From an uncultured Candidatus Rokubacteria bacterium (GTDB taxonomy: Bacteria; Methylomirabilota; Methylomirabilia; Rokubacteriales; CSP1-6), in assembly GCA_963747235.1 (NCBI GenBank), contig CAVVEU010000024.1, forward strand, positions 480,001 through 544,000: DNA of 64,000 nucleotides. Direction: 5' to 3'. Below, piece after piece: positions 8,925-20,427 of this stretch (its first letter is position 1; each line of letters opens with the position of its first letter). Both the position numbers and the translations under genes were made by a program. Under the pieces are notes generated by a model that ran no database searches, was not told the origin of the DNA, and worked only from the letters and a program-made list of their open reading frames with translations.

Positions 8925-10094
8925 ATGACGATCTCCGCGAACGTGGTCGACTACGAGCAGGTCACCGGGAGCTACGAGAGCACGCTGAACACGCAGCTCC
9001 GGGGCTTCCGGGGCGGGGCGCGCTTCCTGGAGCACTGGGTCCACGATCCGGACCCGGTCAAGAGTGTCATCAACATGATCGAGGCGGCGGCCACCGACGG
9101 GCTGGCCGACGTCACCGTCCTCCTGGGAGCCCGGAGCCAGGCGGCCCTCGACCTGGGGCGGCTCGATGAGCTGGCCGGCGCCCTCGGCGAGGTGACGACG
9201 GAGGCACAGGAGGGCGGGCTCGCCCTCACGGTCCGCTTCACCAGCGCGGCGGCTGCCGCGCCCGGGCTCGGAGCGGAGGCGCGCGACCGCGCGCGGCGGG
9301 CCCGCGAGGCCCGTGACGCGCGCCTGCGCGCGCAGGCCGGGCCGGCGCCGGCGCCGGCCCGCGACGGGCTCCATCCGGTTTACCGCGAGGCGGTGCGCCA
9401 GATCCTCTCGGGCGCGCTGACGCACGAGGGCCTGGTGGCCACCATGCCGGGCGTGGAGCGGCTCTCGATCGCGCGCGACGGCTGGGTCCTCGAGGCCTTC
9501 GTGGACAGCGCGACGCACCGGGTCCGGGTGGCCCGCCATCGCGGCGCGCGGAAAGAGACGCGCGCCCTCCTCGAGGGGCTGTGCGCGATGATGGAGGACA
9601 AGCCGCTGATCGAATGCGCCGACCACGCGGTGATTCGCCTGGAGTACCGGCTGCGCGATCGTCTCCAGGAGCGTCCGGTGGCCGGCCTCGTCACGCCCGA
9701 GAGTGTCGAGCCGGCCTTCGGGCCGCTCGGCGTCGCGGTGCGCGGGTTGCTGGCCGAATACCGGCGCCGAACCGGCTACGACGTGATCGAGAACCGGTTC
9801 GATCCCGAGCCCTCGGCGGGCTGGAAGGCGCTCACCGCGGAGCAGCGAATGGCTCAAGTGCAGGCCGCGCTGGACGTTCTCGTGGCGCAGCATGGGCTTC
9901 GACCGGGCGACGTGGTCTGCACGCACGTGGATCGCAGCACCCGGACCACGGTCGAGGTGCGCGCCGAGCTTCCCGCGCGGTCGAAGGCCGCCTTGATGAT
10001 GGACCTCGAGCGAGGCCTCAAGGCCCGCGTCGAGTCGATGCTGCACCTGTATCAGGCAGAGATGCACGACAAGAACAAGATTCGGCGGCTCTGA
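8925..10094 (+). CDS. Hypothetical protein with degenerate IscU/NifU-like segments
   Basis: Tightly coupled 389-aa ORF. The middle resembles the IscU fold ('LEAFVDSATHRVRVARHRG...LCAMMEDKPLIEC'). The C-terminus resembles Nfu without CxxC. Resemblance judged by eye. Confidence 0.6.
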   Translation: MTISANVVDYEQVTGSYESTLNTQLRGFRGGARFLEHWVHDPDPVKSVINMIEAAATDGLADVTVLLGARSQAALDLGRLDELAGALGEVTTEAQEGGLALTVRFTSAAAAAPGLGAEARDRARRAREARDARLRAQAGPAPAPARDGLHPVYREAVRQILSGALTHEGLVATMPGVERLSIARDGWVLEAFVDSATHRVRVARHRGARKETRALLEGLCAMMEDKPLIECADHAVIRLEYRLRDRLQERPVAGLVTPESVEPAFGPLGVAVRGLLAEYRRRTGYDVIENRFDPEPSAGWKALTAEQRMAQVQAALDVLVAQHGLRPGDVVCTHVDRSTRTTVEVRAELPARSKAALMMDLERGLKARVESMLHLYQAEMHDKNKIRRL

Positions 10095-10113
10095 AAGAGG
10101 AGTACCCCACACC

Positions 10114-11238
10114 ATGACGCAGGCACTGACCGACCACACCGACCTCATCCTGGACGGCACCAAGATCCAGTGGCATCTCGACCGGGTGCGCGCCTGGGAG
10201 CGGGGCGAGCGCATCGCGCCGATCACCATCGACATGGCGCTGACCCGAGCCTGCAACTTCGCGTGCCACTTCTGCTACGCCATGCTCCAGGAGAACGACC
10301 GCCAGACGATCACCAAGGAAGTGATCACCGACTTCCTCGACGACTGCGCGGAGATCGGGGTCAAGGGCATCAGCCTGGTCTCGGACGGGGAGAGCACGAT
10401 CTCCCCGGTCTTCGTCCACGCGGTGGTCCACGGCAGCGAGGTGGGCCTCTCCATGGCCTGCGGCACCAACGGCTTCATCTTCAACCGCCGCAAGCTGGAG
10501 GAGGTGCTGCCGCACCTGACCTACCTGCGCATCAACATCTCGGCGGGCGAGCGCAAGCGGTACTCGGAGATCATGGGCGTCAAGGAGGAATGGTTCGATC
10601 GGGTGGTCCAGAACATCCGCGACATGGTGGACATCAAGAAGCGGGAGCACCTGCCGGTGACGATCGGCCTGCAGATGGTGCTGGACCCGCGCTACGGAGA
10701 CCAGATCATGCCGCTGGCCCGCCTGGGCAAGGAGCTGCGGCCGGACTACCTGGTCATCAAGCACTGCAGCGACGACGAGGACGGCACCCTCGGGGTGGAC
10801 TACCAGGCCTATGACCAGCTCTACGACACCCTCAAGGAAGCGGAGGCGCTTTCCGACTCCGAGTACTCGGTGAAGGTGAAGTGGTCGAAGATCGAGGCCA
10901 AGGGCAAGCGCAACTACCAGCGCTGCTACGGGCCCCCGTTCATGCTGCAGATCTCCGGCTCGGGCCTGATCGCGCCCTGCGGGATGCTCTTCAACGAGCG
11001 CTACAAGAAGATGCACATCGGCAACATCTGCGAGCAGCGGTTCAAGGACATCTGGAAGTCCGACCGCTACTGGGAGGTCGTCAACTACCTGGCCTCGCCG
11101 GAGTTCAACGCCCAGAAGATGTGCGGCACCCTCTGCCTGCAGCACAAGGTCAACGAGTATCTCGACGGCTACAAGAAGGGCCTGCACATCCTCCAGGAGC
11201 CCACCGGGCGTCCGCCGCAGCACCTCGACTTCGTCTAG
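10114..11238 (+). CDS. Radical SAM protein with C-terminal SPASM/twitch domain
   Basis: CxxxCxxC 'CNFACHFC'. C-terminal 'CYGPP...IAPCG...IGNICEQRFKDIW...CGTLC'. RBS GAGGAG upstream. Confidence 0.92.
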   Translation: MTQALTDHTDLILDGTKIQWHLDRVRAWERGERIAPITIDMALTRACNFACHFCYAMLQENDRQTITKEVITDFLDDCAEIGVKGISLVSDGESTISPVFVHAVVHGSEVGLSMACGTNGFIFNRRKLEEVLPHLTYLRINISAGERKRYSEIMGVKEEWFDRVVQNIRDMVDIKKREHLPVTIGLQMVLDPRYGDQIMPLARLGKELRPDYLVIKHCSDDEDGTLGVDYQAYDQLYDTLKEAEALSDSEYSVKVKWSKIEAKGKRNYQRCYGPPFMLQISGSGLIAPCGMLFNERYKKMHIGNICEQRFKDIWKSDRYWEVVNYLASPEFNAQKMCGTLCLQHKVNEYLDGYKKGLHILQEPTGRPPQHLDFV

Positions 11239-11251
11239 GAAAGGCGCCGCC

Positions 11252-11974
11252 ATCAAGCCGACCATCTCCTTCGTCATCCCGGCGCTCAACGAGGAAGCCA
11301 ACATCGCGGACGCGGTGCGCGAGGCGGCGGCCGCGATGGGCGATCGCTTCCGGGACTACGAGCTGCTGCTGTTCGACGACGGCTCCACCGATCGGACCGG
11401 CGCGATCATGGACCGGCTGGCCGCCGCCGACCCCGGCCATATCCGGGTGACCCACAACCCCACCCCGAGAAACCTGGGCGGGGTGTACAAGCAGGGGATC
11501 GCGCTGGCCCGCATGGACTACATCCTGATGGTCCCCGGGGACAACGAGAACCCGGGGCACGCCCTCCAGGCCCCCTTCGACGCCATCGGCGGCGCCGACA
11601 TCGTGCTGCCGTACCCCGTCAACTCGGCCGTACGCGGCTTCGCCCGCCACACGGTGTCCCGCGTCTATGTCGGGCTGCTGAACCGCCTGTTCGGCCTCCG
11701 GGTTCGCTATTACAACGGCACGGTCATCCACCGCACCGCCAACCTCAAGACGCTCCCCATCAAGACCTCGAGCTTCGCCTACCAGGCCGAGATCCTGATC
11801 AAGCTCCTGTGCGCCGGGAAGACCTTCGTCGAGGTCCCCATCCGGATCGACCCGCCCAAGGAGGGCCGGCGCTCCCGGGCCTTCCGCTGGAAGAACATGA
11901 TGCAGGTCGGCCGCACGCTGGGGGACCTGTTCCTGGATATCCGCGTCCGCCGCCGCCTCCACGCCGCCCGCTGA
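11252..11974 (+). CDS. Family 2 glycosyltransferase (DPM/undecaprenyl-P sugar synthase-like); apparent ATC start
   Basis: The conserved N-terminus 'TISFVIPALNEEANI' lies upstream of the first GTG. Also 'FDDGSTDRT'. SD-like AGGAAAGG precedes ATC at 11252. Confidence 0.85.
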   Translation: MKPTISFVIPALNEEANIADAVREAAAAMGDRFRDYELLLFDDGSTDRTGAIMDRLAAADPGHIRVTHNPTPRNLGGVYKQGIALARMDYILMVPGDNENPGHALQAPFDAIGGADIVLPYPVNSAVRGFARHTVSRVYVGLLNRLFGLRVRYYNGTVIHRTANLKTLPIKTSSFAYQAEILIKLLCAGKTFVEVPIRIDPPKEGRRSRAFRWKNMMQVGRTLGDLFLDIRVRRRLHAAR

Positions 11975-12053
11975 CCGCTTCCCCGGCCCCCGGGCCGGCT
12001 TCCCGGGAGTTTGAGGATTCCGGGGCCTTTGTCTATCATGCGTTCAGGCCCTC

Positions 12054-13109
12054 ATGACGAGCATCCCCCAGAATCTCTGTGTGCCGCCCGGCACCACCAT
12101 CCGAGCGACCCTCGAGGCCATCACCAAGAACGGCCGCCAGGTGGCGCTCGTGACGGACGCGGACGACCGCCTCCTCGGCATCGCGACCGACGGCGATGTC
12201 CGCAAGGCGCTCCTTCGCGGCGCGCCCCTGGACGCGCCGATCGGGGAGAACATGAACGCCACCCCCCTGACCGGGCGCGCCGGGCTCGGACGGACCGAAG
12301 CGGCGGAGCTGATGCGGGCCCGGGCCATGCGGCACCTGCCCCTCGTGGACGGCGCGGGCCGGCTGGTGGACATGGTCTTCCTCGACGATCTGCTCGCGCG
12401 CCGGCCGCTACCCGCCTCCGCGGTGATCATGGCGGGCGGCATGGGCACGCGGCTCCGGCCCCTCACCGAGGAGACGCCGAAGCCGCTGCTGCGCGTGGGG
12501 GGGCGACCGCTCGTCGAGATCCTCATCGAGCGGCTGGCGCACTGCGGGGTGGACGACGTGGTGGTCGCGGTGCACCACAAGTCGGACATGATCCGGGCCC
12601 AGCTCGGCGACGGCGCGCGCTTCGGCGTGCGCCTCTCGTACGTGGACGAGCCCGAGCGCCTCGGCACCATCGGCGCCCTGACCCTCCTGCGCCCGCGGCC
12701 GGTCGATCCGTTCTTCGTCATCAACGGGGACATCCTCACCAAGTGCGACTTCCGGGCGATGTGGGAGTTCCATCGCGCGCAGCGGGCCCGCATGACGGTG
12801 GGCGTCTCGCTCCACCAGGTGGATATCCCGTACGGGGAATTCACCCTGCACGGGACCCGGATCAGCCGGGTGGAGGAGAAGCCGAGGAAGGAGTTCCCGA
12901 TCAACGCCGGGATCTATCTGGTCGATCCCTCGCTCATCGACCTGATCCCGCCCGGGCAGTACTGCGACGCCACCGATCTGATCCGCGCGTGCCTCGAGCG
13001 CGACCATCCGGTCTCCGCGCACCTGATCCGCGAGTACTGGCTCGACGTGGGCCGGCACGACGACCTGCGCAAGGCCGACCGCGACATCGCCGAAGGGCTC
13101 CTGGACTAG
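12054..13109 (+). CDS. CBS-domain sugar-phosphate nucleotidyltransferase (PtmE/LegX-like)
   Basis: Two CBS repeats ('LLGIATDGDVRKALL'), then 'AVIMAGGMGTRLRPLT..TPKPLL', 'INGDIL', 'YWLDVG'. Confidence 0.9.
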   Translation: MTSIPQNLCVPPGTTIRATLEAITKNGRQVALVTDADDRLLGIATDGDVRKALLRGAPLDAPIGENMNATPLTGRAGLGRTEAAELMRARAMRHLPLVDGAGRLVDMVFLDDLLARRPLPASAVIMAGGMGTRLRPLTEETPKPLLRVGGRPLVEILIERLAHCGVDDVVVAVHHKSDMIRAQLGDGARFGVRLSYVDEPERLGTIGALTLLRPRPVDPFFVINGDILTKCDFRAMWEFHRAQRARMTVGVSLHQVDIPYGEFTLHGTRISRVEEKPRKEFPINAGIYLVDPSLIDLIPPGQYCDATDLIRACLERDHPVSAHLIREYWLDVGRHDDLRKADRDIAEGLLD

Positions 13110-13113
13110 GCGC

Positions 13114-14409
13114 GTGAACACCATCGGCGTGGTGGGCATGGGCTATGTCGGCCTCACCATGGCGGTGGCCCTGGCCCGCAAGGGCTTCACCGTGCACGGG
13201 GTGGACGCCTCGCCTACCGTGCTCGCCGCGCTCTCGGAGGGCCGCGCGCATCTCTTCGAGCCCGGCGTCGAGGAAGGGCTCGCCGCATTTCGAGGCGAGC
13301 GCCTGCACGTCGGCCGTGAGCTGCCGGCCGGTGGCGTCGACGCGGTCATGATCTGCGTCTCGACGCCCACGAATCCGGCCACCCACGCGCCCGAGCTGGA
13401 GAACCTCCGCGCGGCGGCGCGTCACGTGGCCGAGCGCTGCGCGCCCGACACGCTCGTGATCGTCCGCTCCACCGTGCCGGTGGGGGCGAGCCGCAAAGTG
13501 GTGCTGCCGGAGCTGACCGGCCGATGGGGCGCAAGCGTCCGCCTGGCGTTCGCCCCGGAGCGGACCATCCAGGGCCAGGCCCTGCGGGAGCTGGACGAGC
13601 TGCCCCAGGTGGTCGGCGGCGTGGATGCGGCGAGCCGCGACGCGGCGGCCGCGCTGTTCTCCCGCGTCACGCGCCGGATCGTGCCCGTCGGGTCGCTCGA
13701 GGCCGCGGAGCTCGTGAAGCTGGTCAACAACTGCCACACCGACCTGATCTACTCCTACGGCAACGAGGTCGCGCTGATGGCCGAGCAGTGGCGCCTCGAT
13801 CCTCTGGAAATCATCCGCGCCGCCAACCTCGACTACCCGCGGCCGGATGTGGCCAAGCCCGGCTACGTCGGCGGCGGCTGCCTCTCGAAGGATCCCTATA
13901 TCCTGATGAGCGCCGCGCGCGCCGCCGGGTACACGCCCTGGCTGGTCGGCCAGGCGCGTGCGCTCAACGAGCACCTGCCGCTCCGGGTGGCCGAGCGGAT
14001 GGTGGCCCTGATCCGCGAGACGCGCGGCAGCGCGGAGGGCGCCCGGCTCGCGGTGCTGGGCTGGGCCTACAAGGGCTGGCCGCCCACCGACGACATGCGC
14101 GGGGCGCCCATCCACGCGATGCTGCCGATCTTCCGCGCGGCCGGATTCGACCTGCGCGGGCACGACTACCTGGTGGCGCCGGACGTCATCCGCGGGCTGG
14201 GCGCCACGCCGGTGAGCGCGGAAGCGGCCTGGGACGGGGCGGACGCGGTGCTGGTCATCACGAACCATCCGGAATATGCCAAGCTCGACCTGCCCGCGCG
14301 GCTTGCCGTGATGCGCCGCCCGGCGGTGCTCTTTGACTCCTGGCGCATCCTGGACGAGGACGCGGCGCGGCGGGCGGGCGTGCGCTACGCGGGCATCGGG
14401 TATGGCTAG
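13114..14409 (+). CDS. UDP-glucose/GDP-mannose dehydrogenase family (NDP-sugar 6-dehydrogenase)
   Basis: 'VVGMGYVGL', 'RSTVPVG', 'APERTIQG', 'AAELVKL', 'VGGGCLSKDP' (catalytic Cys). Confidence 0.92.
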   Translation: MNTIGVVGMGYVGLTMAVALARKGFTVHGVDASPTVLAALSEGRAHLFEPGVEEGLAAFRGERLHVGRELPAGGVDAVMICVSTPTNPATHAPELENLRAAARHVAERCAPDTLVIVRSTVPVGASRKVVLPELTGRWGASVRLAFAPERTIQGQALRELDELPQVVGGVDAASRDAAAALFSRVTRRIVPVGSLEAAELVKLVNNCHTDLIYSYGNEVALMAEQWRLDPLEIIRAANLDYPRPDVAKPGYVGGGCLSKDPYILMSAARAAGYTPWLVGQARALNEHLPLRVAERMVALIRETRGSAEGARLAVLGWAYKGWPPTDDMRGAPIHAMLPIFRAAGFDLRGHDYLVAPDVIRGLGATPVSAEAAWDGADAVLVITNHPEYAKLDLPARLAVMRRPAVLFDSWRILDEDAARRAGVRYAGIGYG

Positions 14410-15385
14410 AATCCTCGTACTGGGCGGCGCGGGCTTCATCGGCGGCCACCTGGCCGCGCGCCTGGCCGCCGAAGGTCATGCGCTCACCCTGGTGGACGAT
14501 CTCTCGCGCGGCCGCCGCGACGCGGCGCTCGAGGCGCTCACCGCGCGGCCCAATGTCCGCTTCGTCGAGGCGGATCTCACGCGGGCCGGCGCCCTCGACG
14601 CGCTCCCGAGGGACTGGGACCAGGTGTACATGCTGGCCGCCGTGGTCGGGGTGCGCAACGTCGAGACGGATCCCGCGCGGGTGGTGCGGGTGAATACTCT
14701 GTCGCTGCTCCACCTCCTCGACTGGATGCCGGGTCGCGGCGAGGTCCTCTTCTTCGCGTCCACCAGCGAGACCTATGCCGGCGGCGTCGCCGCGGGGCAC
14801 GTGCCGGTGCCGACGCCCGGAGGCGGTGCCGCTCGGCGTGCCGGACGTGGCCGCGCCGCGCTTCGCCTACGCGGCGAGCAAGCTGCTGGGGGAGGCGGCG
14901 GTGATCCACACCGCCCGCGCCCGCGGGCTCCGCGCGGTGATCGGCCGCTTCCACAATGTCTACGGCCCGCGCATGGGCGCCGACCACGTCATTCCCGAGC
15001 TGTCGCTGCGCGCGCTCCGTCGCGAGGATCCGTTCCGGGTCTTCGGGGCCGAGCAGCGCCGCGCCTTCTGCCACGTGGCCGACGCGCTCGAGGCGATGAC
15101 GCGGCTGCTCGCCACCGAGGCGGCGTGGGGGCAGGTGGTGAACATCGGCAACGACGCGGAGGAGACCCAGATCGGCGAGCTGGTGGACCTGATCCTCCGC
15201 ACCGCGCGCTTTGCGCCGCGGGTGGACAACCGGCCCGCGCCCGCGGGCTCGGTGGCGCGCCGCTGCCCGGACATCGGCCGCCTCCGCTCGCTGACCGGCT
15301 TCGCTCCCAAGGTCTCGCTCGAGGCGGGGGTCGCCGAGACCTTCGCGTGGTACCGCGAGTGGTCTGCGCACGAGGGAGCCGGCCG

Positions 15386-15389
<4 letters not shown>
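14402..15389 (+). CDS. NAD-dependent epimerase/dehydratase (indel ~14818)
   Basis: 'ILVLGGAGFIGGHL', 'FASTSETY'. Second frame gives 'YAASKLLGE', 'RFHNVYGPRM'. Confidence 0.88.
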
Positions 15390-16545
<1,156 letters not shown>

Positions 16546-16549
<4 letters not shown>

Positions 16550-17325
16550 GCCGCGCCGTCGAGCTGCGCGACCGTCTCCGGCGCTACTACACCACCTACT
16601 ACCGCGATGTCCTGGGCATCCCCGACTGGTCGGTGCTGGTCGGGCTCCGGGAAGACGAGGAGCGGCAGGAGCGCGGGCGGCTCGATCGGTTGCAGCGGCT
16701 GCTGGGCGGCGACGCCGCCTTGCGCGGGCGAATCCTGAACGTCGGCTGCGGCACCGGCGGGTTCAACCTGGTCGCGGAAGGAGCCGGCGCCCGAGTGGTC
16801 GGGGTGGACGCCGACGCGGAGGCCATCGCGATCTGCGCGCTCAAGCGCGAGAAGGGCGGGAGCGCGTTCGTCCGCGCCGCCGCCGAGCGATTGCCGTTCC
16901 CGGACGGCACCTTCGACGTCGTCTACTGCTTCTCCGCGATCGAGCACGTGGAATCGGTGGAGGAATCGGTGGCCGAGATGGCGCGGGTGACCCGTCGCGG
17001 TGGCCTCATCTACGTGCACACCCCCAATGCCTGGTCCTGGTACGAGGGCCACTACAAGCTGCTCTGGGCGCCGTTCCTGCCCGCTTCTCTGGGACGGCTC
17101 TACCTGAGAGCGCGGGGCCGCCCGAGCGAGTACCTCGCGACATTGCGTCGGCTCACTCCCGGAGCGATGCGCCGGGCCTTCGCGCGTGCGGGCGTGAGCG
17201 ATCTCCGCTTTCACGACGATGAGCCGCCCCGCGAGTCGCTGGGGCCGCTGCGCCTGCCGATCGGGCTCTACTACCGTCTCTCCGGCATCTCTCCGTTCAT
17301 CGAGCTGGTGGCGCGCAAGCCATGA
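16546..17325 (+). CDS. Class I SAM-dependent methyltransferase
   Basis: 'ILNVGCGTG', 'VVGVD', 'LPFPDGTFDVV...IEHV'. Confidence 0.88.
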
Positions 17326-18605
17326 CGTCGATCCTGTTCGCCTCGGAGTACTATCCGCCCTTTGCCCCCGGCGGCGCCGAGTGGAGCACCGCCGCCTGGG
17401 CGGCCGCGCTCGTCCGGCGCGGTCATCGCGTGACGGTGGTGACGCCCAACTACGGGGCGGCGGCCCGGGAAGAGCGCGACGGGGCCACGATCGTCCGCGT
17501 GCCGTTTCCGGTGAAGCTCCGTCCCGGACAGGGTGAGGCGCGCTTCCTCGTGCACCGCAATCCGCTGTTCCATCTCTACTTCGCCTGGCAGGTGCGGCGC
17601 GCGGCGCGCGAGGCAGGAGCCGAGATCATCCACGCCCAGGGCAAGGCGGCCCTGGTGAGCTGCTGGCTGGCCGGCCGAAGCCTCGGCCGTCCCGTGCTGG
17701 CAACGATCCGTGATCTGGGCCTGCTGTGTCCGCTCGGCCACTGCACCGTGTTCGAGCCGTGGGAGCGGTTCGACTGCGCGACCACGCAGTATCTCGGCAA
17801 GTGCCTGCCCTATCACCTGACGCACTACGCCGCCCGCCTCGGCGGGCTCGGGCGCGCGCGGGTGCGCGTCGCCGCGGTTGCCGCCTGGGTGGACACCCGG
17901 ATCCGTCAGCAGGCGATGAAGCGGGTGGCCCGCCTGATCGGCGTGAGCCAGGGCATCCTCGACGTCTACCCGACGCGGCTGCTGGGGCTGCGCGCTCGCG
18001 TGGTGCCCAATCTGCCACCGCCGGTGCCGGTGCCGTCGGATGCGGACGCCCGGGCCGTGCGCGATCGCCTCGGCGTCGGGGGCGCGCCCCTGGTGCTCTA
18101 CGCGGGCAAGCTCTCGATCGGGAAGGGGACGTTGGTGTTGCTGGAGGCGCTCGACCGCATCGCCGCCGCGGTGGCGGGCGTCCGCTTCGCGCTCGCGGGG
18201 AAGGGGGACATGGCGATTCCGTCGCGCCCGGATCTGCGCGTGCTTGGCGTGCTGCCGCAGGTCGAGCTGTTCGCGCTCTACCGCGCCGCCGACGTGGTCG
18301 TGGTGCCCTCGGTGTGGCCCGAGCCGCTGAGCCGCGTGCTGCTGGAGGTCATGCGGATCGGCCGGCCGGTGGTGGCGACCGCGGTCGGCGGGACGCCGGA
18401 GGCGGTCGAGCACGGTGTCACCGGCCTGCTGGTGCCGCGGCAGGACCCGGAGGCGCTCGCCAAGGCGGTGATCGAGCTGCTGCTCGACCCCGAGCGTCGG
18501 GCCCGCATGGGCCGGGCGGCCGTCGAGCGCGCCCGCACCGCCTTCGACGAGGAGCGCCTGGTGACCGCGCTGCTGGAGATCTATCGCGAGGCCGCCGCCG
18601 GGTGA
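17322..18605 (+). CDS. Family 4 (GT-B) glycosyltransferase with Cys-containing insert
   Basis: 'YYPPFAPGGAE', 'ADVVVVPSVWPEPLSRVLLE...PVVATAVGG'. Confidence 0.9.
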   Translation: MTSILFASEYYPPFAPGGAEWSTAAWAAALVRRGHRVTVVTPNYGAAAREERDGATIVRVPFPVKLRPGQGEARFLVHRNPLFHLYFAWQVRRAAREAGAEIIHAQGKAALVSCWLAGRSLGRPVLATIRDLGLLCPLGHCTVFEPWERFDCATTQYLGKCLPYHLTHYAARLGGLGRARVRVAAVAAWVDTRIRQQAMKRVARLIGVSQGILDVYPTRLLGLRARVVPNLPPPVPVPSDADARAVRDRLGVGGAPLVLYAGKLSIGKGTLVLLEALDRIAAAVAGVRFALAGKGDMAIPSRPDLRVLGVLPQVELFALYRAADVVVVPSVWPEPLSRVLLEVMRIGRPVVATAVGGTPEAVEHGVTGLLVPRQDPEALAKAVIELLLDPERRARMGRAAVERARTAFDEERLVTALLEIYREAAAG

Positions 18606-19267
18606 GCCGGGGACTCGCGTACTACCTGGGCGTGTCCTACCGGCGCAAGCGCGTGGATGCCGATCTCGCGGCCGCGTCCGGCCACTTCACCGGACGGGTG
18701 CTGGACGTGGGCGGAGCCCGCCGGCGCGGCGCCTTCCGCCCCCCGCCCGCGGCCCGCTGGGTCGTGGCCGACATCGATCACGCGAACCGGCCCCACGTGG
18801 GGGCCGACGTGCAGGCGCTCCCGTTCCGCGACGGCGCCTTCGACGCGATCAAGGCCACCGAGCTGCTCGAGCACGTGCCGGATGTGGCCCGCGCGCTCGG
18901 CGAGTGCCGGCGCGTGCTGCGTCCCGGCGGGCACCTGGTGATCACCGTGCCTTTCCTGGAGCGCCTGCACGGGGATCCGGGCGACTACTCCCGCTACACG
19001 CGCAGCATGTGGGAGCGCTTGCTCGCCGACGCGGACCTCAAGCCGGTGAGCATCATCGAGCAGGGCGGCTACTTCACGCATCTGGCGGGGATGCTGCGCT
19101 TCCTGGTGCAGCGCGCCCCGCGCCCGCTGCGCTGGGCCGGTTACTGTAGCTTCCCGCTGCTCGATCTTCTGGCGCGTCTCGATGCCTCACCGCGCGCCCG
19201 AGCGTCCGACTTCGCGGCGTTCGTGGGCGGCTATCTCATCGTGGCCGAGCGGCCGCCCGCCTCGTGA
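18602..19267 (+). CDS. Class I SAM-dependent methyltransferase
   Basis: GTGA overlap. 'VLDVGG', 'LPFRDGAFDAI..TELLEHV...RVLRPGG.L.ITVPF...HGDP.DY.RYT'. Confidence 0.85.
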   Translation: MSRGLAYYLGVSYRRKRVDADLAAASGHFTGRVLDVGGARRRGAFRPPPAARWVVADIDHANRPHVGADVQALPFRDGAFDAIKATELLEHVPDVARALGECRRVLRPGGHLVITVPFLERLHGDPGDYSRYTRSMWERLLADADLKPVSIIEQGGYFTHLAGMLRFLVQRAPRPLRWAGYCSFPLLDLLARLDASPRARASDFAAFVGGYLIVAERPPAS

Positions 19268-19274
19268 GACGCGC

Positions 19275-20427
19275 GTGAGGATCTGCTCGCCCCACTGCGG
19301 TATCGCCCCGGAGACCACCTCGGGCGGCGAGACCTACGAGCGGGAGCTGCTGGAACGGCTCGGCCGGGCCGGCGTGCGCCTCGAGATCATCCTGGCCCGC
19401 GGGAAGCCCCACCCGCCGGACGTGCCGAACTGGACCGTTCACCGATTCGGTATCGGCCGGGGCCTGCGCTGGTACGTCGCCCCGTTCGTGGTGCCCGCGG
19501 CCATCCGGCGCGTCCACGAGACGGTAGGCTTCGACTTGCTGCGCGTGCATTCCCTGCGCTACATCGGGCCCTCGGCGCTCGCCGCCCGCCGATGGTACGG
19601 CCTGGACGTCCCCATCGTCTCCCATCACCATCACCTCGATCCGAGCCCGCTCAACCGGCTGATCGAGAAGCGGGTGGTGGACGCGTCCGATCGCGTGGTG
19701 GTGGGCAGCGAGTTCGCGCGACGGCAGCTCCGCGAGGAGCTGGAGGCGCGCACCGACCACGTCTCGGTGGTGTACTACGGCGTGGATCGCGCGCTTCACC
19801 CCGCGGCCGCCGAGCGCGGCGCTGCGCGCCCGCTACGGGCTGACGGGCCGCCGGGTCGTGCTCTTCTTCGGTGGGCTCAAGCCGCGAAAGAACCTGGGAC
19901 TGCTCCTCGAAACCTGGCAGGCTCTCGCGCCCCGGCATCCCGACGCGACCTTGCTCGTCGCGGGCGGCGGCTCGCTGCTGCCCGAGCTCCGGGCCCTCAC
20001 GAGCCGGCTCGGGCTGGACGGCCGGGTGGTGTTCACCGGCTACGTCGCGGAAGCCGAGAAGCCCGAGCACTTCAACCTGGGCGACGTGTTCTTCTTCCCC
20101 TCCGCGATGGAAGGCTTCGGGCTCACGGTGGCGGAGGCCATGTCCTCGGGCCTGCCGGTGGTCGCCTCCAACCGCGGATCCATTCCCGAGCTGGTGGTGG
20201 ACGGCGAGGGCGGCTTCGTCTGCGACCCGGCCGGCCCCGGCCCCTTCGTGGAGAAGCTGTCGCGGATCCTGGGAGACCAGTCCCTCGGGGAGAAGCTCGG
20301 CGGGGCCAACCGCGAGCGGGTCGAGCGGATGTTCCGCTGGGAGCGCTGCGTGGACGGCACGCGCCGGGTCTACGAGACCGCGCTCGAGGAATGGCGTCGA
20401 CGCGGAGCGGGGAAGGGTGTCCGATGA
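19275..20427 (+). CDS. Family 4 glycosyltransferase (indel ~19795)
   Basis: GTG start 'RICSPHCG..PETTSGGETYE'. Second frame gives 'GGLKPRKNL', 'FFPSAMEGFGLTVAEAMSSGLPVVASN'. Confidence 0.85.
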
